DNA of 64,000 nucleotides, from positions 292 to 64,291 of the forward strand of contig CARTIQ010000005.1 of assembly GCA_949068525.1 (NCBI GenBank). The letters are read 5' to 3'. The position numbers and the translations under genes are program-made. Positions 43,943 to 54,258 of this stretch are shown here, piece after piece. Under the pieces are notes generated by a model. That model did not search any database and was not told where the DNA came from. It worked only from the letters and a program-made list of their open reading frames with translations. Each line of letters begins with the position of its first letter. Positions within the stretch are counted from its first letter, which is position 1. The stretch comes from an uncultured Eubacteriales bacterium (GTDB taxonomy: Bacteria > Bacillota > Clostridia > Oscillospirales > Acutalibacteraceae).

Positions 43943-44665
43943 ATGGAGAAAATGTCGTATAAACTAAATGACTTTGAAGGTCCACTTGATCTGCTTTTGC
44001 ATTTAATAAAGAAGAATAAACTCAATATTTACGATGTGCAAATTTCGGAACTTTTGGCGCAGTACCTGAGCCATATAGAGAAGATGAAGCAGCAGGACAT
44101 GGAGATATCCAGCGAATTTTTAGAGATGGCTGCAAGGCTTATTTATATAAAAACAGCAATGCTACTACCAAAACACGAAGAAGCTGAATCGTTAAAGCAG
44201 GAGCTAACAGGGCAGCTAATAGAGTATGAACAATACCATAAGATTGCGAAGGTACTGGAAAAAGAAATGAATTTTGGCCTTATTGCAAGGATACCTCAGG
44301 AGATAACGAGGGACAAGATTTATTCAATCCAGCACCAAATTTCAGTCCTTTTTAAAGCTTATACTGACGTGGCGGGCCGAAAGGCGAGCAATATACCCCC
44401 GTCTAAAGAGGTTTTTTCACAGATAGTTTCTAGAAAAATTGTCTCGGTCTTTTCAAAGGTTATATTTGTTTTGCGAAAATTGAAAACCTTAAACACGGCG
44501 GAGTACAATTCACTCTTTTCGAACAGGCAGACAAAATCCGAGATGGTTGCTACTTTTTTGGCGGTTCTGGAGTTAATAAAGACCAAACGGGTAGGGTTGG
44601 ATGAAGAAAATAAAAAAATAAAATTATTGAAAGTTGGTGCAAAAGTTGGAAGTAAAAAAAGCTAA
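43943..44665 (+). CDS. scpA: segregation and condensation protein A
   Basis: The stretch Y.L..FEGPLDLLLHLI.K.K..IYDV.IS.L..QYL is characteristic. The gene is followed by an overlapping scpB. Confidence 0.9.
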   Translation: MEKMSYKLNDFEGPLDLLLHLIKKNKLNIYDVQISELLAQYLSHIEKMKQQDMEISSEFLEMAARLIYIKTAMLLPKHEEAESLKQELTGQLIEYEQYHKIAKVLEKEMNFGLIARIPQEITRDKIYSIQHQISVLFKAYTDVAGRKASNIPPSKEVFSQIVSRKIVSVFSKVIFVLRKLKTLNTAEYNSLFSNRQTKSEMVATFLAVLELIKTKRVGLDEENKKIKLLKVGAKVGSKKS

Positions 44666-45182
44666 AGCCGCAGTACAAGCAGTACTTTTTGCTAGTGGAG
44701 ATCCAATTTCCGCAGAGCGAATAGCTTTGGCGTTGAAGATCGACAAATCTACAGTTTTGAAGCTGCTAAAAAATTTGAAAGACGAACTAGACAACGAGGA
44801 TAGCGGTATTTGCGTTGTAGAATTGGGTGAAAAATATCAAATGTGCACAAAACCTGAACATGCCGATTTTGTGCGGCGGGCTTTGGATTTACGAAGGCAT
44901 AGCCCGTTATCACAGGCGGCGATGGAAGTTTTGGCGGTTATTGCATATAATCAGCCGGTTACTAAGGCTTTTGTTGAGAATATCCGCGGCGTGGATTGTT
45001 CTAACATAATTTCTAACTTGATTGTACAAAATTTGATTGAAGAAAAAGGTCGGCTAGATTTGCCGGGGAAACCGCTGCAGTATGGGATAACCCTTAATTT
45101 TTTAAAGTGTTTTGGAGTTAGCAGTGTGGACGAGTTACCAAAATTGCAAAACATTACAATCCAAAGCAGTACAGATGAATAA
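44634..45182 (+). CDS. scpB: segregation and condensation protein B
   Basis: Motifs A.LFASG.P.S, LS.AA.E.LA.IAY.QP.T.A.VE.IRGV. and L…LI.E.GR.D.PG.P..YG.T..FL..FG are present. The start is ambiguous (TTG 44634 or 44646). Confidence 0.88.
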   Translation: MVQKLEVKKAKAAVQAVLFASGDPISAERIALALKIDKSTVLKLLKNLKDELDNEDSGICVVELGEKYQMCTKPEHADFVRRALDLRRHSPLSQAAMEVLAVIAYNQPVTKAFVENIRGVDCSNIISNLIVQNLIEEKGRLDLPGKPLQYGITLNFLKCFGVSSVDELPKLQNITIQSSTDE

Positions 45183-45200
45183 TATTTTTGGAGATGTCAA

Positions 45201-45809
45201 ATGATTTTTTTATATACTTTTTTAGTAATAATTTTTGTTGTGGTTATTTTATTGTTTTGCCCAGTATTTGTGCACATTTCTTTTAAAGAGTTTTTGAGTG
45301 TGAATATCAAGTTTTTGTTTTTTTCATTATATCCCCTGCAGAAAAAGGAATTAAAAAAAATTGAAAAAGATGCTAAAGTTTTAAAAAAAGATATTAAAAT
45401 TAACAAATTTGCAAAAAAATTAGGTATAATAAAAGAGAGAGGCTTGTCTGGATTTTTAAACCTTTTAAAGCAACTTATAAAAATTGTAAAGGACTTTGCT
45501 GGTAAAATACATATTCGGTCATTTTATCTTAACCTACTTGTTGCAGAAGATGACGCGGCCCAGACGGCTATTAGTTATGGAAAAGTCTCTGCTTTTGTTA
45601 ATTATGCAAAATTAATTTTGTTGCGAAATGTTGATGAAAGCAAGTACCATATTTTGATTGCACCAGGTTTTAGAGAGTCTGAATCTAAGGTGAATTTTTC
45701 TTTTAAGCTTTATTTTTTCCCAATATCGATGCTGGTTACAGCATTGATTTCCATATATCGCCTTGCAAAAGGTGGCCATTTTAATACAAAAACAACGGAG
45801 AGGGTGTAG
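45201..45809 (+). CDS. DUF2953 (YtfI-like) sporulation-associated membrane protein
   Basis: The protein has an N-terminal TM helix and is K-rich. It lies immediately upstream of a ytfJ homolog, matching the B. subtilis ytfI-ytfJ arrangement. Confidence 0.6.
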   Translation: MIFLYTFLVIIFVVVILLFCPVFVHISFKEFLSVNIKFLFFSLYPLQKKELKKIEKDAKVLKKDIKINKFAKKLGIIKERGLSGFLNLLKQLIKIVKDFAGKIHIRSFYLNLLVAEDDAAQTAISYGKVSAFVNYAKLILLRNVDESKYHILIAPGFRESESKVNFSFKLYFFPISMLVTALISIYRLAKGGHFNTKTTERV

Positions 45810-45812
45810 AAA

Positions 45813-46211
45813 ATGAGTGATTGCTCGATTAACAACATGGTAGATACTACGATTGAAAAGCTTAGGTGCTTGGTGGACGTAAATACTATTATTGGCGAGA
45901 CTATTAAGCTTGATGACGGAACTGTGATTATTCCGATTTCGAAAGTAGCTTATGGTTTTGCATCTGGCGGCTCGGAATTTTCTGGGAAAAAAGTTAACGA
46001 CGAAAATCTATTTGGAGGAGGTAGTGGAGCGGGAGTTACTATTTCTCCAGTAGCTTTTTTAACCGTCAACAGAGCCGGAAACATTAAGGTTTTGCATGCA
46101 GAGCCCAATTTATCTACAGCGGAGAAAGTTATTGACTTGGTTCCAGACGTTGTCGACAAAATAAGTTCAATAATTAAGCCGGGAAAAAAGCAAAGCGATA
46201 ATGAAAATTAA
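45813..46211 (+). CDS. ytfJ: GerW/YtfJ-family sporulation protein
   Basis: Motifs …V.TIIGE.I…DGT.IIP.SKV..GF..GG.EF, FGGGSGAG and I.PVAFL.V are present. Confidence 0.85.
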   Translation: MSDCSINNMVDTTIEKLRCLVDVNTIIGETIKLDDGTVIIPISKVAYGFASGGSEFSGKKVNDENLFGGGSGAGVTISPVAFLTVNRAGNIKVLHAEPNLSTAEKVIDLVPDVVDKISSIIKPGKKQSDNEN

Positions 46212-46290
46212 ATTTTAATAGGGACAGTAATTTTTAATAATTTTATTTTGCACGCATATAATTAGCTAAGAATCTTGATTTTGTAGGGAT

Positions 46291-47439
46291 GTGGCTAGTT
46301 TGTGCAAAAAATTATTGAGTAGAATAATTTTATTTTGTTTTTTTATATCAATCTTGTCGGCGCCAACTAAGGTGAACGCGCAAATACCGTCACTTTCAGC
46401 CAAATCTGCAATCCTAATTTGCGCTGATAATGGTAAGGTTCTTTACGGAAAAAACGAGAAAGAACCACGTCCAATGGCCAGCACAACGAAAATTATGACT
46501 GCGCTTTTGACTTTGGAAGCTGCTGAGAAGGAAGACACGAATGTTACCATCACTGATAAGATGGTCCCGGTTGATGGCTCTTCTATGTATTTGAAAGTGG
46601 GCCAAGTTTTGCCGCTATCAAGTTTAGCTAAGGGTATGCTTACTGTCTCGGGAAATGATGCTGCGAATTCGGCAGCCATCGCGCTTTGCGGCTCTGTGGA
46701 CGCATTTGTGGAGCTAATGAATAAAAAAGCCAGTCAAATTGGGATGCTAGACACGGTTTTTGAAACTCCTTCTGGACTCGATAAGGGAGATCACCATTCT
46801 ACCGCCTACGATATGGCCTTGCTTGGGGCTTATGCCCTTGAAAATCAGGCATTTTGTGATATTTCTTCTAAAAAAAGTGCAGAGGTACCTTTTGTAAAGC
46901 CAGACGAAATACGTACACTTTATAACGAAAATAGGATGCTAAAACGATATGATGGCTGCATCGGGATAAAAACTGGGTTTACTCGCTTGGCTGGCAGGTG
47001 TTTGGTTTCTGCTGCAGAAAGGAACAATACTCGCCTTGTTGCTGTCACATTAAATGCTCCGGATGACTGGAATGATCACGAGAAATTGCTGGATTATGGT
47101 TTTTCTCAGGCAGAGACAGTTGTTTTTGGCAACAAAGATTATGCAATTTTGCCGTTGGTTGGCGGAGATGCGAATGAAATTTCTGCATTCGTTAAAGATA
47201 AAATCTCGATTAGCGTGCGCAAAGGTGATAAGGATAAAATCAAGAAGATTGTAGAAGTTCCGCCGTTTTTGTATGCACCTCTAAAGCAAGGCCAAGTTGT
47301 TGGAAAGGTTAAATATCAAGTTGATGGCGACGTTTTGGCATCGAACGACTTGATTATTGAGAAAGATGTGCCGGTTACTAAGCCAAATAAAGGCCTTTGG
47401 AAGAAGCTGAGTGACATATTTATGGGGATTTTTAATTAA
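46291..47439 (+). CDS. dacB: D-alanyl-D-alanine carboxypeptidase (S11; sporulation-type DacB-like)
   Basis: A signal peptide precedes motifs SxxK (ASTTK), SxN (SGND) and KTG (KTGFT), plus the C-terminal PBP5 domain. The scpAB…dacB…rluB order matches B. subtilis synteny. Confidence 0.85.
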   Translation: MASLCKKLLSRIILFCFFISILSAPTKVNAQIPSLSAKSAILICADNGKVLYGKNEKEPRPMASTTKIMTALLTLEAAEKEDTNVTITDKMVPVDGSSMYLKVGQVLPLSSLAKGMLTVSGNDAANSAAIALCGSVDAFVELMNKKASQIGMLDTVFETPSGLDKGDHHSTAYDMALLGAYALENQAFCDISSKKSAEVPFVKPDEIRTLYNENRMLKRYDGCIGIKTGFTRLAGRCLVSAAERNNTRLVAVTLNAPDDWNDHEKLLDYGFSQAETVVFGNKDYAILPLVGGDANEISAFVKDKISISVRKGDKDKIKKIVEVPPFLYAPLKQGQVVGKVKYQVDGDVLASNDLIIEKDVPVTKPNKGLWKKLSDIFMGIFN

Positions 47440-47460
47440 TTTGGAGGACGTAAAATAGTT

Positions 47461-48180
47461 TTGAAAAAGATAAGGATTCAAAAGATACTTTCGAAAAGTG
47501 GCGTAGCATCGCGGAGAAAAGCCGAAGAGATGATAAAAAATAAAATGGTTTGCATTAATAAGAAAATTGCGGAAATCGGTGACAAGGCCGATCCGAGTGA
47601 GGATAAAATTTTTGTTAACGGGAGGTTAATCGACTGTAACGTAAAAAAGCACTATATTATGCTGCACAAGCCCCGTGGATACGTCTCTACAACTAAAGAT
47701 GAGCTTGGCAGAAAATGCGTTATGCAATTGATGCGAGATGTTCCGGCAAAAATTTACCCGGTAGGACGGTTGGACAAAGACTCCGAGGGGCTCTTGCTTG
47801 TGACAAATGATGGCGATTTTTTAAATTCTGTGATTCACCCAGCAAATTCAATAGAAAAAAGGTATAGAGTAACCGTAAAGCCCAAAGTTACAGAAGAGCA
47901 GCTCGTTACATTAAGTTCTGGTATGACGATTGATGGCTACAAGACAGAGCCAGCAAAAATCACGGTGCTAAAATCGGCAGAAGACAGAACAGTTTTGGAA
48001 ATCATCATAAAAGAAGGACGCAACAGACAAATCCGCAAAATGTGCGAGCAAACAGGCTTAAGTGTTGCTCGTCTAAAAAGAGTTGGAATTGGGCAACTAA
48101 AGTTAGGCATGCTAGCACCCGGCAAATGGAGAAATCTTTCGCCTCAAGAGATAAAATTATTTGCTAAAAAAGAAAAATAA
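47461..48180 (+). CDS. rluB: 23S rRNA pseudouridine synthase RluB (RsuA family, S4 domain)
   Basis: Motifs RIQK.LS..G.ASRR.AE..I, Y..L.KP.G..ST, VGRLD.DSEGLLL.TNDG and GRNRQIR.M are present. Confidence 0.88.
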   Translation: MKKIRIQKILSKSGVASRRKAEEMIKNKMVCINKKIAEIGDKADPSEDKIFVNGRLIDCNVKKHYIMLHKPRGYVSTTKDELGRKCVMQLMRDVPAKIYPVGRLDKDSEGLLLVTNDGDFLNSVIHPANSIEKRYRVTVKPKVTEEQLVTLSSGMTIDGYKTEPAKITVLKSAEDRTVLEIIIKEGRNRQIRKMCEQTGLSVARLKRVGIGQLKLGMLAPGKWRNLSPQEIKLFAKKEK

Positions 48181-48184
48181 AAAA

Positions 48185-48883
48185 TTATAACCGTTCTAAT
48201 AAAGCAAAAATCAAATTTAGCCGAAACTTAATAATATAGCTAAATTTTGAAGGTTTAAGCTTTGTTACATTCTCTAAATGACGCCGATATTTAATCAATG
48301 GTTCTTTTATAAAGGCGACAGAATGCCTTTTTTCTGCCATTAATCCAATCCATTGATCATGCATTGGAATATTTTGAGGAAATGGCAAAACATTAGTTAG
48401 AAAGCTACGTTTTAAAGCCATGCAGCAGCCAATGTACGAGTTGTGCAAAAAATTGAACCAAAAACCACGCCGGCAATGCCTTAACTTAAAAAAGGAGTCA
48501 GCCAAAACGTCGGCATTTTTATTAACGACAATGCAATCATGCAAAATAACGTCAGCATTAGTGGCTTTAAAAGCATTCAAAACGCAACTTACTTTGCCTT
48601 CAAGCCAGATATCATCTTGATCACTTAAAAATATATAGTCGTTTTTGCAGTGGCGAAGGGCATTTTCAAAATTTTTTACCAATCCGTTGCAGGGGCCAGA
48701 AAAAATTTTAATTCGATTATCGCGAACAGCAAGGTCCGAGATGATGCGGTATGTGTTGTCGGCACTTTTGTCATAAGAAATCACCAGTTCATCGCTGCAA
48801 CTAAGCTGCTTTAAAATAGATAAAACCTGCTCTTTAATATATTTTTCGCCATTATAGGTGGCCATCGCAACAGAAACACTCAT
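48185..48883 (-). CDS. family-2 glycosyltransferase (rhamnosyltransferase-like)
   Basis: Motifs MSVSVAMATYNGEKYIKEQ..SIL.Q, …DKS.D.T and FLSDQDD.W are present (GT2 DxD region). Confidence 0.8.
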   Translation of the reverse strand: MSVSVAMATYNGEKYIKEQVLSILKQLSCSDELVISYDKSADNTYRIISDLAVRDNRIKIFSGPCNGLVKNFENALRHCKNDYIFLSDQDDIWLEGKVSCVLNAFKATNADVILHDCIVVNKNADVLADSFFKLRHCRRGFWFNFLHNSYIGCCMALKRSFLTNVLPFPQNIPMHDQWIGLMAEKRHSVAFIKEPLIKYRRHLENVTKLKPSKFSYIIKFRLNLIFALLERL

Positions 48884-48904
48884 ATTTTAAGCACCTTTTA
48901 AATT

Positions 48905-49459
48905 TTAATTATTTTGAAAAGTCTTTAAAGACGGTAGCACACGGTCTTTTTGAGAGAGAAAAATCTCCATATCATTGGAAATAGGCCAATTTATGTTGAT
49001 GTCCGGGTCATTATAAATTATACCGCCCTCGTTTTGCGGATCATAAAAATCGGTGCATTTATAAACAAATTCTGCCTCATCCGATAAAACTAAAAATCCA
49101 TGAGCAAATTCAGCTGGAATATATAACTGACGCTTATTTTCGTCACTTAAAATGGCGCCAACCCATTTACCAAAACTGGAACTATTCTTACGAAGATCCA
49201 CGCCTACATCAAAGACCTTGCCTCTTATTACTCGCACAAGCTTGCCTTGAGGCCGCTTCGTTTGGAAGTGGAGCCCGCGAAGCACGCCGCGTTTAGACTT
49301 AGATTGGTTATCCTGAACAAAAGTTACATCTATTCCGGCTTTCTTGAATTCATCATAATGATAAGTCTCAAGAAAATAACCTCGATCATCGCCAAAAACA
49401 GTAGGTTCAATAATAAACATACCATCAATTTCAGTCTTTATAAAATTAAAATTGCCCAT
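48905..49459 (-). CDS. rfbC: dTDP-4-dehydrorhamnose 3,5-epimerase
   Basis: Motifs …F.D.RG.F.E…Q.N.S.S..GVLRGLH.Q…Q.KLVR…G.VFDV.VD.R..S..FG.W, L.IP.GFAHGF and Y are present. Confidence 0.93.
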   Translation of the reverse strand: MGNFNFIKTEIDGMFIIEPTVFGDDRGYFLETYHYDEFKKAGIDVTFVQDNQSKSKRGVLRGLHFQTKRPQGKLVRVIRGKVFDVGVDLRKNSSSFGKWVGAILSDENKRQLYIPAEFAHGFLVLSDEAEFVYKCTDFYDPQNEGGIIYNDPDININWPISNDMEIFLSQKDRVLPSLKTFQNN

Positions 49460-49472
49460 GTTGCAAGCTCCT

Positions 49473-50471
49473 TTACTTTTTTAATACACAAAAAATGTCC
49501 GCAAGTCGCCCCTTAAGGGTAACCGACTTTGAATAATTTCCGGCACACTTATAAAGTTCAAACAATTTACTAAACTTTTTTTCTTCCAAAGCATTTAACC
49601 GTGTCTTGGCAAAATTTAAACTATTGGTCAAAACCTTCAATTTATCAGGCGACAATAAGCAATGATAAACATCCATTGCGCTCAAATATAAGTAAATTTT
49701 TTGTGCGTTGTCTACTCGAGTACAACAAGAAAGTGCAGCCTTGCTCTTGGTATAAAATGATTTTTTAGAAAACGTAGGAAGGCCAATCGCGTTGCCTGGG
49801 TGAATGCGGTAATTTGTAAGTGGTGTATTAAAAAAATAAAGGCCATCTAAAAACGCGGCAATCAGGGCGAATTCCCAATCATGTACACAAATATTTTTCG
49901 TCTTTTCGAGGTAAATATCTCGAACTTTGTGCGTAAACGCCAATGTGCATCCAGGAGAAATATTGTAATTGCAGATGGTGGAAAGCTCGATTTTAACGGT
50001 ATCAAAGGGTTCAATTCGAAATTTAATCAAATTATTATTAGAATGCATAAAGTTGTTGCGCGGCTTAATAAACGTGTCGTTCTCGTCAATAACCTTAAAG
50101 CCAGAGTAAATAGCCTTTATATGCTCGTTAGACTCAAAGCGGCTGAGCATAGAGTCAACCTTCGTTTTGTACCAGATGTCATCTTGGTCGCACAAGAAGA
50201 TAACATCGCCACTAGTTTTTTCTATAGCGTTTTTGAAGTTTCGCAAAAAACCTAAGTTCTTTTCATTAACAAAAAAGTGCCAAATAGCAGAAAGCCGGTT
50301 CCTCTCAATAAAATTTTTGATAATATCGGCAGTACTATCTGTAGACGCGTCGTCCACAATAATAACTTCGTCGATTTTTCGGCGCTGTAAAAGGAGAGAT
50401 TTGAGTTGTTTTTCGATATATTTTTCGCCATTGAAAGTAGCAAGAGCAACAGATACTTTAGTCATAATCAT
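49473..50471 (-). CDS. family-2 glycosyltransferase
   Basis: Motifs KVSVALATFNGEKYIEKQL.SLL.Q, …VDD.STD.T and FLCDQDDIW are present. The gene overlaps the rfbB stop codon by 4 bp. Confidence 0.8.
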   Translation of the reverse strand: MIMTKVSVALATFNGEKYIEKQLKSLLLQRRKIDEVIIVDDASTDSTADIIKNFIERNRLSAIWHFFVNEKNLGFLRNFKNAIEKTSGDVIFLCDQDDIWYKTKVDSMLSRFESNEHIKAIYSGFKVIDENDTFIKPRNNFMHSNNNLIKFRIEPFDTVKIELSTICNYNISPGCTLAFTHKVRDIYLEKTKNICVHDWEFALIAAFLDGLYFFNTPLTNYRIHPGNAIGLPTFSKKSFYTKSKAALSCCTRVDNAQKIYLYLSAMDVYHCLLSPDKLKVLTNSLNFAKTRLNALEEKKFSKLFELYKCAGNYSKSVTLKGRLADIFCVLKK

Positions 50472-51526
50472 CGATCTCCGTACATTTTTTTGTAATACTC
50501 TTTATACTGACCATTTGTGATGTTTTTTACCCAAGTTTCGTTTTCAAGGTACCATTTAATTGTCTTTTTGATGCCAACGTCAAACGTTGTTTCGGGGGTC
50601 CAGCCAAGGTCTTTGCGAATTTTATCCGGCGCAATGCCGTATCTCCGGTCATGCCCCTTTCTGTCTTTAACATACGTAATTAAAGTTTCGTCCACCAAGT
50701 AGCCCGTAAGCTCCTTAATACAAGACAAAACAGTTTTTACAATATCAATATTTGTTCGCTCATTATGCCCACCAATATTATAAACCTCTCCGATTTTGCC
50801 ATCGTGAATGACCATATCAACAGCCTTGCAATGGTCCTCAACATACAACCAATCGCGAATATTCAAGCCATCGCCATAGACCGGCAGACTTTTTTGATTA
50901 AGCGCATTATTTATCATAAGCGGAATAAGCTTCTCTGGAAACTGATAAGGCCCGTAGTTGTTGGAACAGCGGGTGATATTAACAGGAAATTTGTAAGTAT
51001 CGAAGTAGGCCAAAGCAAGCATATCAGCGCCTGCTTTACTGGCAGAGTACGGACTGTGCGGGCAAACCGGCGTTGTCTCCATAAAATAACCCGTCTGGCC
51101 TAAGGAACCATAAACTTCGTCGGTAGAAATCTGCAAAAATTTGCACCCCGTGCGGTATTCATCTTCACCAATTGTCCAAAATTCTTTAGCAACGTTTAAA
51201 AGATTAACAGTTCCCTCAACGTTAGCCTTTACAAAAACTTCAGGTTCCCGAATGCTCCTGTCCACATGGCTTTCTGCAGCAAAATTCACAACATAATCGA
51301 TTTTGTTCTTGCTAAATATTTCTCTTATAGCCGCTAAATCGCAAATATCCGCATGAACAAATTTGTAATTTTTGTTGTTTTCGCAGCTTTTCAAGTTCTC
51401 TAGATTCCCGGCATAGGTGAGTTTGTCCACATTTATAATATTGATATCCCGATATTTTTTTAGCATATAATAAATAAAATTTGAACCGATAAAGCCCGCG
51501 CCACCGGTTACCAAATAAGTTTTCAT
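50468..51526 (-). CDS. rfbB: dTDP-glucose 4,6-dehydratase
   Basis: Motifs …VTGGAGFIGSNF, DKLTYAGN, HFAAESHVDRS, STDEVYG and YSASKA are present. Confidence 0.95.
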   Translation of the reverse strand: MKTYLVTGGAGFIGSNFIYYMLKKYRDINIINVDKLTYAGNLENLKSCENNKNYKFVHADICDLAAIREIFSKNKIDYVVNFAAESHVDRSIREPEVFVKANVEGTVNLLNVAKEFWTIGEDEYRTGCKFLQISTDEVYGSLGQTGYFMETTPVCPHSPYSASKAGADMLALAYFDTYKFPVNITRCSNNYGPYQFPEKLIPLMINNALNQKSLPVYGDGLNIRDWLYVEDHCKAVDMVIHDGKIGEVYNIGGHNERTNIDIVKTVLSCIKELTGYLVDETLITYVKDRKGHDRRYGIAPDKIRKDLGWTPETTFDVGIKKTIKWYLENETWVKNITNGQYKEYYKKMYGDR

Positions 51527-52416
51527 AAATCATTCTCCTTTTTAAGCGTATTTATGTATGCCAAAAGGGCATCTTGCCAAGGTCGCATCTCGTCACCGAC
51601 AGCACAGCGCAGCATCAAATTATCAAGCGCGGAAAAATTCGGACGCTTAGCTATTTTAGGAAATTCACTAGTCCCGCAAGGAACCACTTCGCACTTGAGG
51701 CCTGCATACTTAACAATCAGCGAGGCAAATTCAAACCAAGAGGCCTCACCAGCACCAGTACAATGGTAAATTCCATAATTGTCTGTGACCGCCATTTTCA
51801 AAATATGATGTGCTAAATCGTTTGCGTTAGTTGGGTTGCCAATTTGATCATTAACGACCTTTATCTGGTCTTTTTCTTTAGCAAGCTTCAGGATAGTCTG
51901 GACAAAATTGTGACCAGCATAACCATAAAGCCAGGCAGTGCGAACGATGAAATATCGGCAAGTCTGTTCGCGGACATATTGTTCGCCTAAAAGCTTAGAC
52001 TTCCCATAAATGCTGTTAGGAGCGCAAATATCCCACTCACGGTAGGGCGAGGAATTTTTACCATCAAAGACGTAGTCAGTAGAGACATGAACCAGCTTTG
52101 CAGCGATTTTTTTGCAAGCCCGTGCGATGCTCAAAGGGCCAATCGCGTTAACCCGCATTGCCAGTTCAAGCTTAGTTTCACAACCGTCAACATTAGTCAT
52201 AGCGGCGCAATTTATAACAACATCCGGCGCAAAATCTTCCAAAAAAGAATTTACCTTTAAAGCATCGGTAATATCAAGAGTATCAGTGTCTGCAGCAACA
52301 ATCTCACAGTTATCATACAACGGACTAATTGCTCCAATTTCACTTTTTTTGCTCTTCAAAATAGATGTCAATTCGCTGCCCAACTGCCCTTTAGCGCCCG
52401 TTATAAGTATCTTCAA
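51523..52416 (-). CDS. rfbD: dTDP-4-dehydrorhamnose reductase
   Basis: Motifs MKILITGA.GQLG, VIN.AA.T.VD.CE, STDYVFDG, Y…NIYG.SKL.GE and RT.W.YG are present. The gene overlaps the start of rfbB by 4 bp. Confidence 0.93.
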   Translation of the reverse strand: MKILITGAKGQLGSELTSILKSKKSEIGAISPLYDNCEIVAADTDTLDITDALKVNSFLEDFAPDVVINCAAMTNVDGCETKLELAMRVNAIGPLSIARACKKIAAKLVHVSTDYVFDGKNSSPYREWDICAPNSIYGKSKLLGEQYVREQTCRYFIVRTAWLYGYAGHNFVQTILKLAKEKDQIKVVNDQIGNPTNANDLAHHILKMAVTDNYGIYHCTGAGEASWFEFASLIVKYAGLKCEVVPCGTSEFPKIAKRPNFSALDNLMLRCAVGDEMRPWQDALLAYINTLKKENDL

Positions 52417-52448
52417 AAAAGCCCCTCCTGTTTAATTATGCGTTTGTG

Positions 52449-53324
52449 TTAAACAATAGCTTCTGTGGCTACCTTATAGAGATATTGTCCATATTCCGTC
52501 TTTTTTAGGCGATCGGCTAAATTCAAAAGATGCTCTCTATCAATAAATCCGTTCCGGTACGCGATTTCTTCAATGCAGGCAATATACAATCCCTGCCGAG
52601 TCTGCACTGCTTCCACAAAATTCGCAGCTGCCAGCATAGAGCGATGCGTCCCGCTATCTAACCAAGCCATACCTCGGCCAAAAAGTTCCACTTTCAGGCT
52701 TTTTTGCTTTAAGTATTCATTGTTAACAGAAGTAATCTCCAGTTCGCCCCTGGCCGAAGGTTTAACGTTCTTGGCAATCTCAACAACATTGTTGTCGTAA
52801 AAATAAAGCCCTGGGATAGCATAATTAGATTTCGGCTTAGCAGGTTTTTCCTCAATAGAAAGCACGTTACCAGCATTGTCAAACTCCACAACGCCAAAAT
52901 CGCTAGGATTACTCACATGATATCCAAAAATAGTAGCGCCATTTTCGCGAAAAGCTGCCCTTTTTAAGCGATCACTAAAATTATATCCATAAAAAATATT
53001 GTCGCCCAAAATAAGGCAAACGTTGTCATTGCCGACAAAACTTTCGCCTAAAATAAAAGCGTCCGCAAGGCCACGGGGTTCAGTTTGCACAACGTATTCA
53101 AAACTCACACCGAGCGAAGAGCCATCACCAAGCAATTCCTTATACAACGGCAAGTCGCGCGGGGTAGAAATTATCAAAATTTCGCGGATGTTTGAGAGAA
53201 GCAAAGTCGACAAAGGATAGTAAATCATTGGTTTGTCGTAAACAGTCAAAAGCTGCTTCGAAACAGCTAAAGTGGATGGATACAACCTAGTGCCAGAGCC
53301 TCCAGCCAAAATGATCCCCTTCAT
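52449..53324 (-). CDS. rfbA: glucose-1-phosphate thymidylyltransferase
   Basis: Motifs [16 protein letters not shown]…[18 protein letters not shown] and LGDNIF.G are present, followed by the E..KP..PKSNYA.PGLYFYD region. Confidence 0.95.
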   Translation of the reverse strand: MKGIILAGGSGTRLYPSTLAVSKQLLTVYDKPMIYYPLSTLLLSNIREILIISTPRDLPLYKELLGDGSSLGVSFEYVVQTEPRGLADAFILGESFVGNDNVCLILGDNIFYGYNFSDRLKRAAFRENGATIFGYHVSNPSDFGVVEFDNAGNVLSIEEKPAKPKSNYAIPGLYFYDNNVVEIAKNVKPSARGELEITSVNNEYLKQKSLKVELFGRGMAWLDSGTHRSMLAAANFVEAVQTRQGLYIACIEEIAYRNGFIDREHLLNLADRLKKTEYGQYLYKVATEAIV

Positions 53325-54103
53325 ATATGTTTAACGCCTCCTTTTTTATGCCATTTTTTAAAATATTTTATCATAGAATCAACATGAATGCACAAATATT
53401 TAAAGCGTTTAGCGCTCGTTCGCGCCCAGACGTGAGTAGCGCAAAAATCAGGATTCAGCACTGTTTTGCCATACTGTTGAGCTCTCCTCGTTAAATCTGC
53501 ATCTTCAAAGTACATAATGAAGCGCTCGTCAAAGCCGCCCAGCTTTTTAAAGATTTTTGTCCGAACCATAATAAAACAACCACTACAGAAGTCGATTTCT
53601 ACAGGTGAATTAAAGTTTTTACCGTTATAGGTGTATTCATCCCGCCATTTTTTAAAAATCCCGCCAAAACATTCAAGCCGGCCGCCAATAAGATACTTCA
53701 ATTGGGGGGTGCGTCGAGGCAAATCCTGCACAGAGCCATCCGTATTTAAAATTTGTGGAATAACCATGGCAACGTCCGGAGAACTCTCCAAATACCTTGA
53801 CAAACCATCAAGAATATTAGCGTCAAATGTAATATCCGGATTCAGAATAACGTGAAAGTCAGAATCTATCCGGCCCAAAACTTTATTGTGCCCAAAACCA
53901 AAGCCTCTATTTTGTGCTAGAAGAATCAATTTAACTTGCGGAAAATGGTGGCGGACCAAGGCAACAGTTTTATCAGATGAATTATTATCAACAACAAAAG
54001 TTTCTAAAATAAAATTTTGGGGATTACTATAAATACAGTTTAGTACCGATAAAATATTGTTTTCGTTGTTATGAGTCACAATGCAAATAGAAATTTTTTT
54101 CAT
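53321..54103 (-). CDS. family-2 glycosyltransferase (first gene of the rhamnose operon)
   Basis: Motifs [24 protein letters not shown] and F.Y.ED.DL..R are present. The gene overlaps the rfbA start by 4 bp. Confidence 0.8.
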   Translation of the reverse strand: MKKISICIVTHNNENNILSVLNCIYSNPQNFILETFVVDNNSSDKTVALVRHHFPQVKLILLAQNRGFGFGHNKVLGRIDSDFHVILNPDITFDANILDGLSRYLESSPDVAMVIPQILNTDGSVQDLPRRTPQLKYLIGGRLECFGGIFKKWRDEYTYNGKNFNSPVEIDFCSGCFIMVRTKIFKKLGGFDERFIMYFEDADLTRRAQQYGKTVLNPDFCATHVWARTSAKRFKYLCIHVDSMIKYFKKWHKKGGVKHI

Positions 54104-54258
54104 TTTTAACTCTTTTCGTCACATATTTTACACAAGAGAAATTTTAGCTCAACTTTAATAGTGTGTCAAGTTTTTAATAATCGTAACATTGTTGCAACAA
54201 CTTTGAAAATGTGTTAAAATAAAATTCATCAAAAAGCAAGAGGGAGTAAGGGTTTGTT

